Assembly (NCBI RefSeq): GCF_004010195.1
Contig: NC_057718.1
Span: 103,109,566 to 103,150,342 of the forward strand
Direction of reading: 5' to 3'
Length of the DNA stretch: 40,777 nucleotides
From: Chiloscyllium plagiosum
Taxonomy: Eukaryota
Part shown: piece by piece, positions 22,532 to 34,129 of the stretch
Layout of the letters: each line of letters begins with the position of its first letter
How positions within the stretch are numbered: the stretch's first letter is position 1
The notes under the pieces: model-generated
Seen by the model: only the letters and a program-made list of their open reading frames with translations
Databases searched by the model: none
What the model was told of the DNA's origin: nothing
Made by a program: the position numbers and the translations under genes

Positions 22532-23861
22532 TCGAAGCTCCTCGGATGCTGCCTGAATTGCTGTGCTCTTCCAGCACCACTGATCCAGCATTCAATGCCC
22601 CATCCCTAGTTGCTCCTTGAGAAAGTGGGGGTGAGCTGTCTTCTTGAACTGCTGTAGTCCATGTACTGTAGGTAGACCCACAATGCCCTTAGGGAGGGAA
22701 CTGTAGGGTCTTGACCCAGCGACACCGAAGGAACAATGATTTCCAAGTCAGAATAGTGAGTGGCTTAGAGGGGAACCTGCAGGGGGTAGCATTCCCATAC
22801 ATCCACACCCCTTGTTCTTCTGGATGGAAGTTGTTGTGGGTTTGGAAGGTGCTGTCTGAGGATCTTCGGTGAATTTTTGCAGTGAATTCTTGTAGATAGT
22901 ACACACTGCTGCTACTGAGAGTCAGTGGTGGAGGGAGTGGATGCTTGTGGATGTGGTGCCAATCAAGTGGCTGCTTTGTCCTGGATGGTGCTGAGCTTCT
23001 TGAGTGTTGTTGGAGTTGCACCCATCCAGGCAAGTGGGAGTATTCCGTCACCCTCCTGACTTGTGCCTTGTAGATGGTAGGCAGGCTTTGTAGATTCAAC
23101 CAGCCAAATGAGCTAACTGACCCTTATTGATGTAAAGAGGTCACAATGGTTACATGATTGTGTTTCTTAGTTTCAATGTCTTGCTCCGCGTATAGTTACG
23201 AAAAGTGGAGTCTTTCAGTCAAAGGGCCATTCATGGTTTATGGAACTTAATAATCTTTCAGGAAACGTATGAACTTTCACACAAAAGGCCAGGGCAAATT
23301 GAACAGCAACTGCTCAGGTACAATTCAGGGTTCCCATTTCTTGCAGGCGTTTGTGTTTTGAGTCCTAATGACTCTGATTTGTTTAAAGAGTAGGCAGTAT
23401 TGCAAAGTAGTGTTTGTATTTTTCATTTTTTAATTTATGGTCCTCATTAAACGATGGTAAAACCAGAGCAATTATCATTTATCTTAATATATAATTCACT
23501 AGGTCTTACCGTCATGGTTAGGGACCTAGGGCAGGAGGCCTGGGAATAGAGACAGGTTACAGAACTGCTCGCATGAGGCTCTTGCATCTTATTGAGCAGC
23601 TGGCACAGAATAAAACAGCCCACATTTTGACATATGAGGGGAGGTGCTCACTGCCTCATCAACACTCAGGAGGAAGCATGCGAGGAAGATAGCATTACGC
23701 TACTTAATGAAGCCTCAGGATGATTTAATGAGCACTCCCTATCAGGCCACTCAGCTCATCAATAATTAACATTCCCTCCCCCTCCACACACACTCACACT
23801 CCTGATCCTGTACCTTCCTCTTCCCCACAGTGAACTGGGCAAGAACCAACCCCGTTCAGGG

Positions 23862-23982
23862 AACAAAGGACTGCAGATGCTGGAAATCTGGAACAAATAA
23901 GTGCTGGAGAAACTCAGCAGATCTGACAGCTTCTGCGGAGAGAGAAACACAGAATGAACATTTTGAGACCCTTCTCCAGAAC
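23862..23982 (-). mobile_element. Degenerate family-2 PLE terminal-repeat fragment
   Basis: ACTGCAGATGCTGGAAATCTG..GCTGGAGAAACTCAGCAGATCTG..GAGACCCTTCTCCAGAAC, similar to 2566-2701. Confidence 0.7.
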
Positions 23983-24189
23983 ATGGGGATAAAGTTGGCT
24001 TTAGGATTCCTCCAGTACATAGCTCTCTCTTCCCACGTCAGGAGGGGAGGGGAGGGGAGCCTCCTATCTAACACACTTTGCCCCCTGTCTGGTTGCCCAG
24101 CAATTGACTTTGTCTTCTTTATTTTCATTTACTTACTTTCATCCCGATGTAGCATTGTCTCCCCTGAGTTTCAGATTCGAAGTTTTCCC

Positions 24190-25060
24190 TTTTGTAAAGC
24201 ATGACAGGTGCCTAATTGAATGATGAATGTCCCTTTATTACTCTGTAATTGAACTGCCAGCCTTTCCATTGGGCTGCAGAATGTTCCACCCTTCATCAGG
24301 CACTGCGGGGGTCTCTGTGGCTACCAGCCAGGGCCCCACACTCCATCTGTCTAATCACATCGATCCCCCACTTGCTTCTTTTTTTTAGGAAGGGGGGTTC
24401 AAATCATAATAAATTATGCTAATGTGCGTGTATTCTGACAATATGAATTTCCCATTGTGCCCTGCATCTTGCTTGTAAATACTTGCAGTCACTTGCAATC
24501 AAGGCCGCTTGAAGCAGCCTGTCCAAGATGAAGATTAATGATTCTTACCTGAGTGACAGAGCAGGGGATTTGGGAGCTCCCAGGGTCATTTATCATCATG
24601 TGACAGGTGCCATTCAGTGGCACAACAGCTCCTGCATCACCCAGACGGCGGTTCCATTCCTTTGGCCGTTAAACAAGCACTTTAATAACAACGCAGAATT
24701 AAAACTCATTCTCTGGTGCAGGCCTGACAGCTCAGAATAAGAAAATCGATTCCTCACGTGTTCCAGCCCAGCTAAGTGACCAGAGAGGGGGATTGCCTTT
24801 AATTTTGAGCTTCACAATGCATTCCAAGTGAGCCCACATTTACAAACTAACATCGATTATAATTTGCAAAGATCTTCAACTTTCGTTTCATTGTGTCGGC
24901 AAATTAATGGCCCCGCTTTGAGCCCAGGCATGAATTTCTTGTTGAGAATGGTCAGGGTGAGTAGCTATCTCACATCAGCAGCATTGTGCATGTTTAAACT
25001 ATTTCTCTTAATGAATATTGATTCCAAATAAGGAAGGCAAACAAAAGGGACACTCATTTA
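24190..25060. promoter_or_regulatory. Candidate conserved non-coding enhancer block
   Basis: No recognisable repeat. TGACAG x4 (24202, 24554, 24601, 24725), ATCGAT x3 (24359, 24745, 24852), many TAAT cores. Conservation not tested. Confidence 0.45.
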
Positions 25061-25305
25061 CACACAGAGAAATAAATGTTAGTGACTTTGTGCAAACTGC
25101 AGTGACTAGACTGTCAATGCGATGCATGAATGTGCTGGACAGTGATTCTGCTCATCAGAAGGCTGACTGATCAGTGTCCTTACTCCTGCTTCCATTCCTC
25201 AGCATCCTCTTGTTTCTACATCCCGCATCCTTTCACTTATGTTAAATCTACAATTGCAAAAATAAAGACTGTTCTATTTTAAAAAGGAACATCTACATAC
25301 TTTTT

Positions 25306-25578
25306 AGAGTCGTAGAATCATAGAGATGTACAGCACGGAAACAGACCCTTCGGTCCAACCCGTCCATTTCGACCAGATATCCTAAATTAATCTAGTCTCA
25401 TTTACCAGTATTTGGCCCATATACCTCTAAACCCTTCCTATTCATATACTCATCCAGATGTGTTTTAAATGTTGTATTGTATCAGCCTCCACCACTTCCT
25501 CTGGCAGCTCATTCCATACACGCACCACCTTCTGCATGAAAAAGTTGCCCCTTAGGTCCCTTTTAAACCTTTCCCCCC
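25306..25578 (-). mobile_element. CR1 (HER1-like) 3' end
   Basis: Encodes GERFKRDLRGNFFMQKVVRVWNELPEEVVEA; tail GGGTTGGACCGAAGGGTCTGTTTCCGTGCTGTACATCTCTATGATTCTA. Confidence 0.92.
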
Positions 25579-26173
25579 CACAGACAGACAGGCGGTTCTG
25601 TGGACATGGGCGAGACTCTCGGTTGGTTTGTTGCCTCCCGGGTGCCAGAGTCCGAGACGTCTCGGACCGTGTCTTCAGAATCCTTAAGGGGGAGGGTGTG
25701 CCGCCAGCAGTCGTGGTGCACATTAGCACCAACGACATTGGTAGGAAGAGGGGTGGGGAGGTCATTCAGGAGCTCAGGGAGTTAAGCTGGAAGCTAAAAG
25801 CTAGGACGGACAGAGTGTCTTCAGAATCCTTAAGGGGGAGGGTGTGCCGCCAGCAGTCGTGGTGCACATTTGCACCAACGACATAGGTAGGAAGAGGGGT
25901 GGGGGAGGTCATTCAGGAGCTCAGGGAGTTAAGCTGGAAGCTAAAAGCTAGGATGGACAGAGTCGTCATCTCTGGGTTGTTGCCGGTGCCATGTGACAGT
26001 GAGGCAAGGAATAGGGAGAGAGTGCAGTTGAACACGTGGCTGCAAGGATGGTGTAGGAGGGAGGGCTTCAGGTATTTGGACAATTGGACTGCATTCTGGA
26101 GAAGGTGGGACCTGTACAAGCAGGACGGGTTGCACCAGCACCAGAAGGGCACCAATATCCTGGGAGGTAGGTT
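25576..26173 (+). mobile_element. CR1 ORF1 esterase (SGNH/GDSL-like) fragment with internal 146-bp duplication
   Basis: Encodes DRRFCGHGRDSRLVCCLPGARVRDV..VVVHISTNDIG..VVISGLLPVP..LNTWLQGWCRREGFRYLDNW..DLYKQDGLH (GxND-like block III, DGLH block V). Confidence 0.88.
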
Positions 26174-26740
26174 CCCCTATCCTTAGTTGTCCTTGAGAAG
26201 GTGACGTTGAGCTATATTCTTGTAGATGCAGTCTATTTCGTAAGGCCACCTGCCATGCCATTAGGGACGGAATTCCAGGATCTTGAACCAGTGACACTGG
26301 ACGAACAGTGATATATTTCCAAGTCAGGATGGTGAATGGCTTGGAGGGGAACATGCAGGTGGTCATGTTCCTCTGTATCTGCTCATCATTTGGGAGGGAA
26401 GTGGTCTTAGGTTTGGAAGGTATTGACTAAGGGGCCATTAGACCATAAGAAATAGGAACGGGGGAGGCTGTTTGGCCACTCATGCGTGGTCCACCATCCA
26501 ATAGGTCTTGGGGAATTTCTACATTGCAACTTGTAGATGTCACTGCTGCCACTGAGTGTCACTGGTGGAGAGAGTGGGTGTTTGTGAATGTGGTGTCAAT
26601 CAAGCAGGCAGCTTTGTCCCGGATAGTGTTTGAGGAGTCAGGAGGTGAGTTATTCATTGTAGAATTCCTAAGCTCCGATCTGCTTAGTATTTGTATGGCT
26701 AGTCCAGTTCAGTTTCTGATCAATGGTAAACTCAGAGTTA
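26174..26740 (-). mobile_element. Family-B LINE 3' part with a small CR1 tail insert (~26435-26510)
   Basis: Encodes TIDQKLNWTSH; collinear with 33450-34107. Confidence 0.8.
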
Positions 26741-26778
26741 TTAAAAGCTACCTCTTTAACCAAGTATATGATCATGCT

Positions 26779-27077
26779 ACCTGAATTCGATTCCAGCCTC
26801 AGGCTAATGTGGAGCTTGCACATTCTCCCCATGTCTGCGTGGGTTTCCTCCTGCTGCTCCGGTTTCCTCTCACAGTCCAAAGATGCGCAGGTTCGATGGC
26901 CATGCTAAATTGCTCCACAGTGTCCAGGGATGTGCAATCCAGGTGGATTAACCATGGGAAATGCAGTGTTACAGGGACAGGGTAACAGAGTGGGTCTGGA
27001 TGGGATAGTCTTTGTGAGGATTGGCATGGACTCAATGGGCCAAATAGCCTACTTCCACACTGAAGGGATTCTATGAT
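26779..27077 (+). mobile_element. 5'-truncated HE1 SINE
   Basis: V-domain TGTGGAGCTTGCACATTCTCCCCATGTCTGCGTGGGTTTCC; tail GGGATTCTATGAT. Confidence 0.9.
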
Positions 27078-27147
27078 CTGTGCTGGTAATGTTTTTCTTT
27101 TTTCTTTCATGGCCAGGTCAGGCTCATCCCTAACTGCCCTTGAGTTA

Positions 27148-27465
27148 CGCACTGGAGTGCTGTGTGCAGTTTTGGTCTCCTTTACCACGTATGGAGTCAG
27201 CTATTACGAGGGGGCATAGCTTTAAATTAAGGGGGGGTAGATATAGGACTGATGTTAGGGGTAGGTTCTTCACTCAGCGAGTCGTAAGTTCATGGAATGC
27301 CTTGCCAGTAGCAGTGGTGGACTCTCCCTCTTTATGGGCATTTAAGCGGGCATTGGATAGGTATATGGAGGATAGTGGGTTAGTATAGGTTAGGTGGGCT
27401 TGGATCGGCGCAACATCGAGGGCCAAAGGGCCTGTACTGCGCTGTATTCTTCTATGTTCTATGTT
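27148..27465 (+). mobile_element. CR1 3' end preceded by a non-contiguous upstream CR1 piece
   Basis: LECCVQFWSPL is joined directly to PRMESAITRGHSFKLRGGRYRTDVRGRFFTQRVVSSWNALP; (TCTATGT)n tail. Confidence 0.9.
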
Positions 27466-27629
27466 ATCTGTATTTCTCTATTAGCTGTTACAGGTAGCAA
27501 AGTTTTAACTTTACATTACCGCGCTGTCAACTTTTATTAGAGTGTCAAAAATAACTATTGATGGAAAGTAGTTTTAATCTTGCGTCCTTCTCCCATTTTA
27601 ACTTCAGAAGATTGTGCCTGAACAGTTTT

Positions 27630-27980
27630 TGTTCTTTCATGAGTTGTGGGTGCTGCTGATAAGGCAAGCATTTGTTGTCCATCCCTAATTGCCCTTGAGC
27701 TGAGAAGAATTGAAAGTCAACCACATTTCTGTGGGTCTGGACCAGTCTGAGGAAGGATGGTAGATTTCCTTCCCTAGAGGGCATAACAAATTCGATGAGG
27801 TTTTTAAAACTCAATCAAACAATGTTAGTTGCTGTGGTCAGTTACTGAAGCTAATGTTTGATTCAGAATTTAATTGCTTGATTTTGAAATTCTACCACTT
27901 GCCATGGTCGGATTTGAGCCCATGCCTCCAGACCATTACCTGAGTTTCTCGAGTATTACTGTCATTGTCACTATGCTACC
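27630..27980 (-). mobile_element. tRNA-derived SINE with family-B LINE tail
   Basis: Reverse complement of the 30270-30590 type: CCATCCCTAATTGCCC..AGTCAACCACAT..TGGGTCTGG..GATTTCCTTCCCTA..GGATTTGAGCCCATG. Confidence 0.7.
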
Positions 27981-28084
27981 ACATTTCCTGACTGCTACAT
28001 GGATGAGAATTTTACAATTTCAGGAAAGGTGCAGGTCATTCAGCCTATCTTGTCAGGGGTAGCTTTTCGAAAGTACTATTCTGG

Positions 28085-28146
28085 GGAGGAGATGACCTAA
28101 TGGTATTACCATTGGACCGTTAATCCCGAGACTTGGGTAATGTTCT
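28085..28146 (+). mobile_element. SINE head of the same family, cut by the CR1 insertion
   Basis: TAATGGTATTACCATTGGACCGTTAATCC..GGTAATGTTCTG matches 32300-32378. Confidence 0.5.
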
Positions 28147-29310
28147 GAGGGTAGAGCAGTGGATGTAGTGTACATGGGTTTTAGTAAGGCATTTGATAAG
28201 GTTCTCCATGTTAGGCTTATGCGGAGGTCAGGAGGCATGGGATAGAGGGAGATTTGGCCAATTGGATAGAAAACTGGCTAACCGGTCGAAGGCAGAGAGT
28301 GGTGGTAGATGGTAAATATTCAGCCTTGAGCCCAGTTACAAGTGGAGTTCCGCAGGGATCAGTTCTGGGTCCTCTGCTGTTTGTAATTTTTATTAATGAC
28401 TTAGATGAGGGAGTCGAAGGGTGGGTCAGTAAATTTGCAGATGATACGAAGATAGGTGGAGTTGTGGACAGGGAGGGCTGTTGTCGGCTGCAGAGGGACT
28501 TAGATATGATGCAGAGCTGGGCTGAGGAGTGGCAGATGGAGTTCAACCCTGCCACGTGTGAGGTTGTCCATTTTGGAAGAACAAATAAGAATGCGGAATA
28601 GAGGGTTAATGGTAGGGTTCTTAGTCAGGTGGAGGAACAGAGGGATCTTGGGGTCTATGTACATAGATCTTTGAAGGTTGCCACTCAGGTGGATAGAGTT
28701 TGTAAGAAGGCCTATGGAGTATTATCGTTCATTAGCAGAGGGATTGAATTCAAGAGTCGTGAAGTGATGTTGCAGCTGTACAGGACTTTGGTTAGGCCAC
28801 AGTTGGAGTACTGTGTGCAGTTCTGGTTGCCTCACTTTAGGAAAGATGTGGAAGCTTTGGAGAGGGTGCAGAGAAGGTTTACCAGGATGTTGCCTGGAAT
28901 GGAGAGGAAGTCGTACGAGGCTAGGTTGAGAGTTCTCGGCCTTTTCTCGTTGGAACGGCGAAGGATGAGGGGTGAGTTGATAGAGGTTTATAAGATGATC
29001 AGAGGCATAGATAGAGTAGACAGTCAGAAACTTTTTCCCCGGGCACAACCGAGTGTTACAAGGGGACATAAATTTAAGGTGAAGGGTGGAAGGTATAGGG
29101 GAGATGTCAGGGGTGGGTTCTTTACCCAGAGAGTGGTGGGGGCATGGAATGCGCTGCCTGTGGGAGTGGCAGAGTCAGAATCATTGGTGACCTTTAAGCG
29201 GCAATTGGATAGGTACATGGATGGGTGCTTAAGCTAGGACAAATGTTCGGCACATCATCGTGGGCCGAAGGGCCTGTTCTGTGCTGTATTGTTCTATGTT
29301 CTATGTTCTA
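28147..29310 (+). mobile_element. Well-preserved 5'-truncated CR1 LINE (RT and C-terminus; pseudogenised)
   Basis: Encodes [34 protein letters not shown] (FADD at 28434-28445). In-frame TAG at 28599-28601; (TTCTATG)n tail. Confidence 0.96.
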
Positions 29311-29743
29311 AATATGTTTTTCACTTAGAATTGCATTTGTTTCATGTCCTGCATCTGGACCACAATGCACAGGAAATGATTTTCTGCTGAGAGGGGTTGT
29401 CAGGCGCCTATTAGCTCTGGAGCTTCTGAGGAATATATTTTTGAATGGCATCTCTCCTTTTTAAGTTTTGCAGTCTGACATTCTTTACGCACAACATTCC
29501 TAGAGTACACTGTCAGGACTCAGTCTAATTGCCACAGTAATGGCAAGACAGCTGTTCAATTTAAATAGTCAACCATAATTTTGTTGCAGTGTCGTTCTTT
29601 TGAAAAAGACATGTTCTCCTCAAGTATTCAGTAAGTTTGTCAGTAATTCGGGATTTATTGCTGTGGCAGTACCTGAAAGGCATTAAGAGGTAGTAAAGTT
29701 CTTGGAGGTGAATTCTAAAGGGTAGGGTGCAGGTATTTGCAGG

Positions 29744-29862
29744 TTAGGAGAAAGTGAGGACTGCAGATGCTGGAGACCAGAGTCAAAAAGTGTGGCACTG
29801 GAAAAGCACAGCAGGTCAGGCAGCATCCGAGGAGCAGGAGAATCGATGTTTCAGGCATAAGC
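29744..29862 (-). mobile_element. Short PLE terminal-repeat insertion truncated within hammerhead stem II
   Basis: 10-bp TSD TATTTGCAGG (29734-29743, 29863-29872); lies in an old L2-like remnant (~29690-30030). Confidence 0.88.
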
Positions 29863-30269
29863 TATTTGCAGGGTCCAATAGTGGAGGAATTGAGAAGGTG
29901 AGATGTGTAAAAAAAGACTGGAATCAGAGAGACACTGAGATCATAGAGAGTTGTGGGGCAGTACGGATATACAGCAATAGGGAGGGGTGAGGTCAAGAGG
30001 GATTTGAACACAAAAATGGGCAAGTTTTTTGCTCATTTAAAACCCCCTCTATTTGCTGTAAATCAAGCCCCACATCTAGCCAAGCCCTATCATTTTCATT
30101 GGATTGATCCACAAATAAACACTGCAGCAAAAAGTGAGTGAACGATGGTCAAGCATGGGAACCATTGCAAACCTTTCCTCCCTCTTGAACCCATACAGAT
30201 CGAGACCAGTCCACGCGAAAACACCCAACACTGGCTCCTCCACATCATGACCACTGCAGAGATTGGGGA

Positions 30270-30590
30270 GGTGTTGGTACAGCAATAATCCAGTCACTGG
30301 ACTGATAATCCAAAAGCCCAGATTCCTGCTCTTGTTGTTGTTCAGAGGGCATGAGTTCAAATCGCAGCCTTGAGAGCTAGTTTTGTTTGGTTTCAGTCAA
30401 ACTCTGCAATTAAAATCTATCCTAATGGTGTCCGTGAAACAACAATGTGGCTGACCAATCCCTTTTAGGACGGGAAATCTAACTTTACCCCGTCTGGCCT
30501 ACGTATGACCTCAGACCCAGAGTGATGTGGTTGACTTACCCTGCCCTCTGGGCAATTAGGGATGGGCTGGCCACATCCTGGGAACAACTA
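30270..30590 (+). mobile_element. tRNA-derived SINE with family-B LINE tail
   Basis: GTCACTGGACTGATAATCC..GAGTTCAAATC (B-box-like)..CAGACCCAG..TGTGGTTGACT..GGGCAATTAGGGATGGGC. Confidence 0.7.
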
Positions 30591-31449
30591 AAAGAAACTA
30601 CCTTTTTTATTTTAAACCAATTAGTGCCTCATTTAAATAGGGAGTGGAAATCCATTTATATGCGGGGATTGACAACGTTAAGGCTTCATCCTCTGCTAAT
30701 TGGCACCAGTAATTCCTACACTCTACTCTTTGTGTAACATCTCCTCTCTGACATGGATAAGTGTGTGATATATTGGGACACGTCAAAGTCTTGACATCTG
30801 GTATGTATTTGTCACACTTCTGAGATTGCTGCTACTCCTCGTGAGTTGGCTTTTTGATGGTAAAGGGAAAACGCAGTCGGACTCTCGCAACATCTCACAG
30901 AGGTGCCCGGCCCAACGGAAAATAACTTCTAATTGGCTTCAGGAGTTACACTTGAAAAGGAGCTATATAGAGAAGACAGCCAGACTGACCTCTTGTTGAC
31001 CCAATATTCTGCTCAGGGCAATCTGCCTCTAATTGACCTCAAGAAGGTACAGCAATTACACTTAGTAACCTGAAAGGGACAAGAAGCTGCTTGATATAGC
31101 TGCAAGTTATTCTAACAGATAGGTGAGGAGAAAATAGAAAATTGTCACAAAATCCAAGCATTCCAATCACATCTTTTTGAATGGGCCATTGGATATTTAT
31201 TTCCTAACTTTCCTTCCTGAATGTCCTCATCCTCATTGCTCTGTTGAATGACCCAATGAAATGCAGTCGGCAGCAAGGTTTGGAGATCTTGTTTTTGAGG
31301 AGGTTTTCCTTACGTAGCTGTTTTGAAAGACTATGAGGAGTTTACTGTACCGACAGTGAGGCCCAACACTGGGGCTGGTTCTCCTAGCATTCATCGCAAT
31401 GTTGGAACCGCAGCCCCCTGAGCCCAATTCGATATCTCAACAAGATCAG

Positions 31450-31778
31450 GAGAAGCTGATCCCATTCATCAAAGGAACAAGAACGAGAGGGGCCTAGATT
31501 TAAAGTGATGTGCAGAAGAAGCAAGGGAGATGGGAGAAACACTTTCACCCAGCGAGTAGTTAGGGTCTGGAATGCATTGCCTGGTTACATGGTGGAGGCA
31601 GGTTCAATTGAGGCATTCAAGAGGGAATTGGATGGTTATTTGCATAGATGGGGTGAGGGGGGATATGGAGAAAAGGCAGGAGATTAGTGCGAGATAATGA
31701 GGCTCATTTGAAGAGCCTGTACAGGCACGATGGGCTGGATGACCTCCTACTACATGTATCAACTCTGTGATTCTGTGT
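31450..31778 (+). mobile_element. CR1 3' end
   Basis: Encodes RNTFTQRVVRVWNALPGYMVEAGSIEAFKRELDGYL; CTGTGATTCTGTG tail. Confidence 0.88.
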
Positions 31779-32294
31779 GAATGACTTAGCTCTGCCTTTT
31801 CCCCATGTCCCCCTAACTAAATTCTTGAAATTATAACTTCAGCGAGCATCAGTTGTCATTTGCAGAAGAGAGTTCAACTTCTACCCCAGTGTGCAATGTG
31901 GCAAGATGGAGCTCTGTGTCTGGCTCTGTTGGTCTGAGTCAAACCTCAATCCTCTGCATTTGTTAGGTGACTCCTTTCTTGGCCAAGCTGCCCTCATTAG
32001 TGTTGCCAACACTGATTGGATACATGTCATCACATGACATCTGCCCTACACTCTCCTTCCATTGGTCACCTGATATGTCTATCACTGTATTGTTCCACCT
32101 TCTCACAGCCATTGGACATGAAACGTAGGCTCTTATTGGATGTTCCTTGAGCCTTATTCTAATAAAATTCACTTCTATCATCAACATTTTTAAATGTAAT
32201 AAGCTAAAACATCCAAATGCTTTCAGTTTTAATGTCCTCAGTGTTACTTCACTTGGGTCTGCTGTCAGCAGAATAGAACACAGCTCATACAGGA

Positions 32295-32600
32295 AGCAAT
32301 AGTGGTGTTATTGCTAGACGATTAAACAGGAAAAAGGTGAGGACTGCAAATGCTACAGATCAGGTAATGTTCTGGGGACTTGCATTCAAATCCTGCTACA
32401 GCAGGTGATGGAATTAAGACTCTAATGATTATTATTGAAACCAGTGTTGAGGGAAAACCCCATCTGGTTCATTAATGTCCTTAAGGGAAGGAAGCTGCTG
32501 TCCTATATGTGACTCCAGACCCACAGCAATTACTGAACTGGTCGACAGTAAGTGCTGGCCGAGCCAGTGTCAGCTCCATCTCCTGGATACACAGAAAAAG
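32295..32600 (+). mobile_element. Same SINE family as 30270-30590, with a short PLE-tail insert (~32328-32362)
   Basis: AAAACCCCATCTGGTTCATTAATGTCCTTAAGGGAAGG..TGTGACTCCAGACCCACAGCAAT. Confidence 0.7.
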
Positions 32601-32711
32601 AACTGAAATTCCTGCAAATTCCAGCAAGCCCCCTCGAACTGAGATAGTCATGTTTTGAGAGCTTATAAAGCAAGACCTCCATTCCTTTCTCTTGGTCACC
32701 AAAGGATGATA

Positions 32712-32825
32712 TATTTTTGCAGTGTGGTCACTGTTGTCATGTGGGGAAAATTAGGCAACAGTTTGTGCACAGCACAATGGTGATATTGCATCTGTTCGTG
32801 TGATGTTGGTTGGGGGTTAGATATC
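32712..32825 (-). mobile_element. Deu-domain SINE remnant
   Basis: AGTGTGGTCACTGTTGTCATGT..TTGTGCACAGCA..GTGATGTTGGTTGGGGG. Confidence 0.65.
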
Positions 32826-32844
32826 TTCTATCTCAATGCCATAC

Positions 32845-32922
32845 CCCTTCATTCTCTCTGTCTTTCTCTCTCTCTCTACCCCGCCCCCCCCCCCTCCTTT
32901 CTCTCTCTCCCACTCTCCATCC
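32845..32922. repeat. Pyrimidine-rich (CT)n/poly-C tract
   Basis: Direct inspection. Confidence 0.85.
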
Positions 32923-33449
32923 AGCTTCTAAGTGTTAGCCCAGTTGCTGTTTGACCTTCTACATGCAACAGATAGAATCAACTCAGCAGTTTCTGGCTCA
33001 ATAGGATCAGATATATTTATCCTTTAACATATTTGGGATCATTGAGCCCAGCCTGAAACCATATACGCTATCAGTCTTCAAAATCAACATACCTTTAACT
33101 TTCATTACACTTTAAACATGCTGCTTAATCAATGCTCCCACTTTATCTTTTATGGTCACATCAATCTGAGTGAGCAGATGTAGGAATGTCAGAGCTAGAT
33201 CAGCTTGAGTACCATAAGGACCATTCTCTAAACCTAAAGTCTTCTACAGTCACAGTCCCAGCTAAAGTTAGCCTTCAGTTAAACACTCGATGAGTTGACA
33301 AACATATCCTTAAAACAAATACAAATGAGGTTAAACGAGGAGTTGGAAAAGAGGGGTCACCCCCCAGAATCAGGATTGACACTTTGTCTCCTCAGTATCT
33401 GACAGCAGCAACAAGATGGCCTTAGCAAGCCACAATGCCACCTTGGTTC

Positions 33450-34107
33450 TTATTCACTTATGGGATGTGGACAGCACAGGTTGGGCCCAGTACTTATTGC
33501 CCATCCCTAGTTTCCCCTTGAGAAGGTCTAGGTGAGCTGCCTTCATGAACTGCTGCAATCCGTGTTCTGTAGGTCGACCCACAATGCCCTTCGAGAGAGA
33601 ATTCCAGGAACTTGCTCCAGCGGCACTGAAGGAATGGCGATAGATTTCCACATCACAATGGTGAGTGGTCCACAGGGGAAATTGAAGGTGGTGGTGTTTC
33701 CATGCACCTGCTGCCCTTGTTGTGGTTGTGGTTTTGGAAGGTGCTGTCTGAGGATCTTTGATGAGTTTCTACAGTACATCATGTAGATGGTACACACTGC
33801 TGTTACTGAGTGTCGACGGTAGAGGGTGTGGATGCTTGTGGATGTGATGCCAATCAAGCAGGGGCTGCTTTGTCCTGGATGGTGTCAATATTCTTGAGTG
33901 TTGTTGGAGCTGTACCCATCCAGACAAGTGGAGAGTTTTCCATCACACTCCTAACTTGTGCCTTGCAGATGGTGGACAGGCTTTGGAGAGTTAGTCACTG
34001 CAGGATTCCCAGGTTCTGACCTACTCTTGTAGCCAATATGATAATGTAGCTGGTCAAGTTGAGTTGCTGGTCAGTGGTAATCTTGAGGGTGTTTAACAGT
34101 GGGGAAT
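33450..34107 (-). mobile_element. Family-B (L2/CR1-group) LINE 3' end
   Basis: Encodes TIYMMYCRNSSKILRQHLPKP..EIYRHSFSAAGASSWNSL..GLQQFMKAAHLDLLKG, followed by the tail. Confidence 0.88.
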
Positions 34108-34129
34108 TTAAACTTCAAACCAAATAAAG

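Larger units (their letters stand above)
21610..22584 (+). mobile_element. 5'-truncated Penelope-like element spanning the gap
   Basis: 12-bp TSD CCAGCATTCAAT (21598-21609, 22585-22596). Encodes TDSHSYLDYTSSHPTSCKNAIPYSQFLRLRRICS (PLE RT C-terminal region). Terminal repeat lies after the gap. Confidence 0.92.
21555..23090 (-). mobile_element. Family-B LINE 3' end split by a Penelope insertion (21555-21609, 22597-23090)
   Basis: Encodes QSLPTIYKAQVRRVTEYS. The tail GAGATGTGGGC..GGCCAGCATTCAAT continues as GCCCCATCCCTAGTTG. Confidence 0.88.

Noticed and set aside
23540..23830. Possible DNA-transposon remnant (also ~9040-9400)
   Set aside because: Repeat-like impression only; no TIR or TSD identified.
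28254..29237. Functional or domesticated reverse transcriptase
   Set aside because: 5'-truncated, with an in-frame stop and an upstream frameshift; an ordinary CR1 copy.
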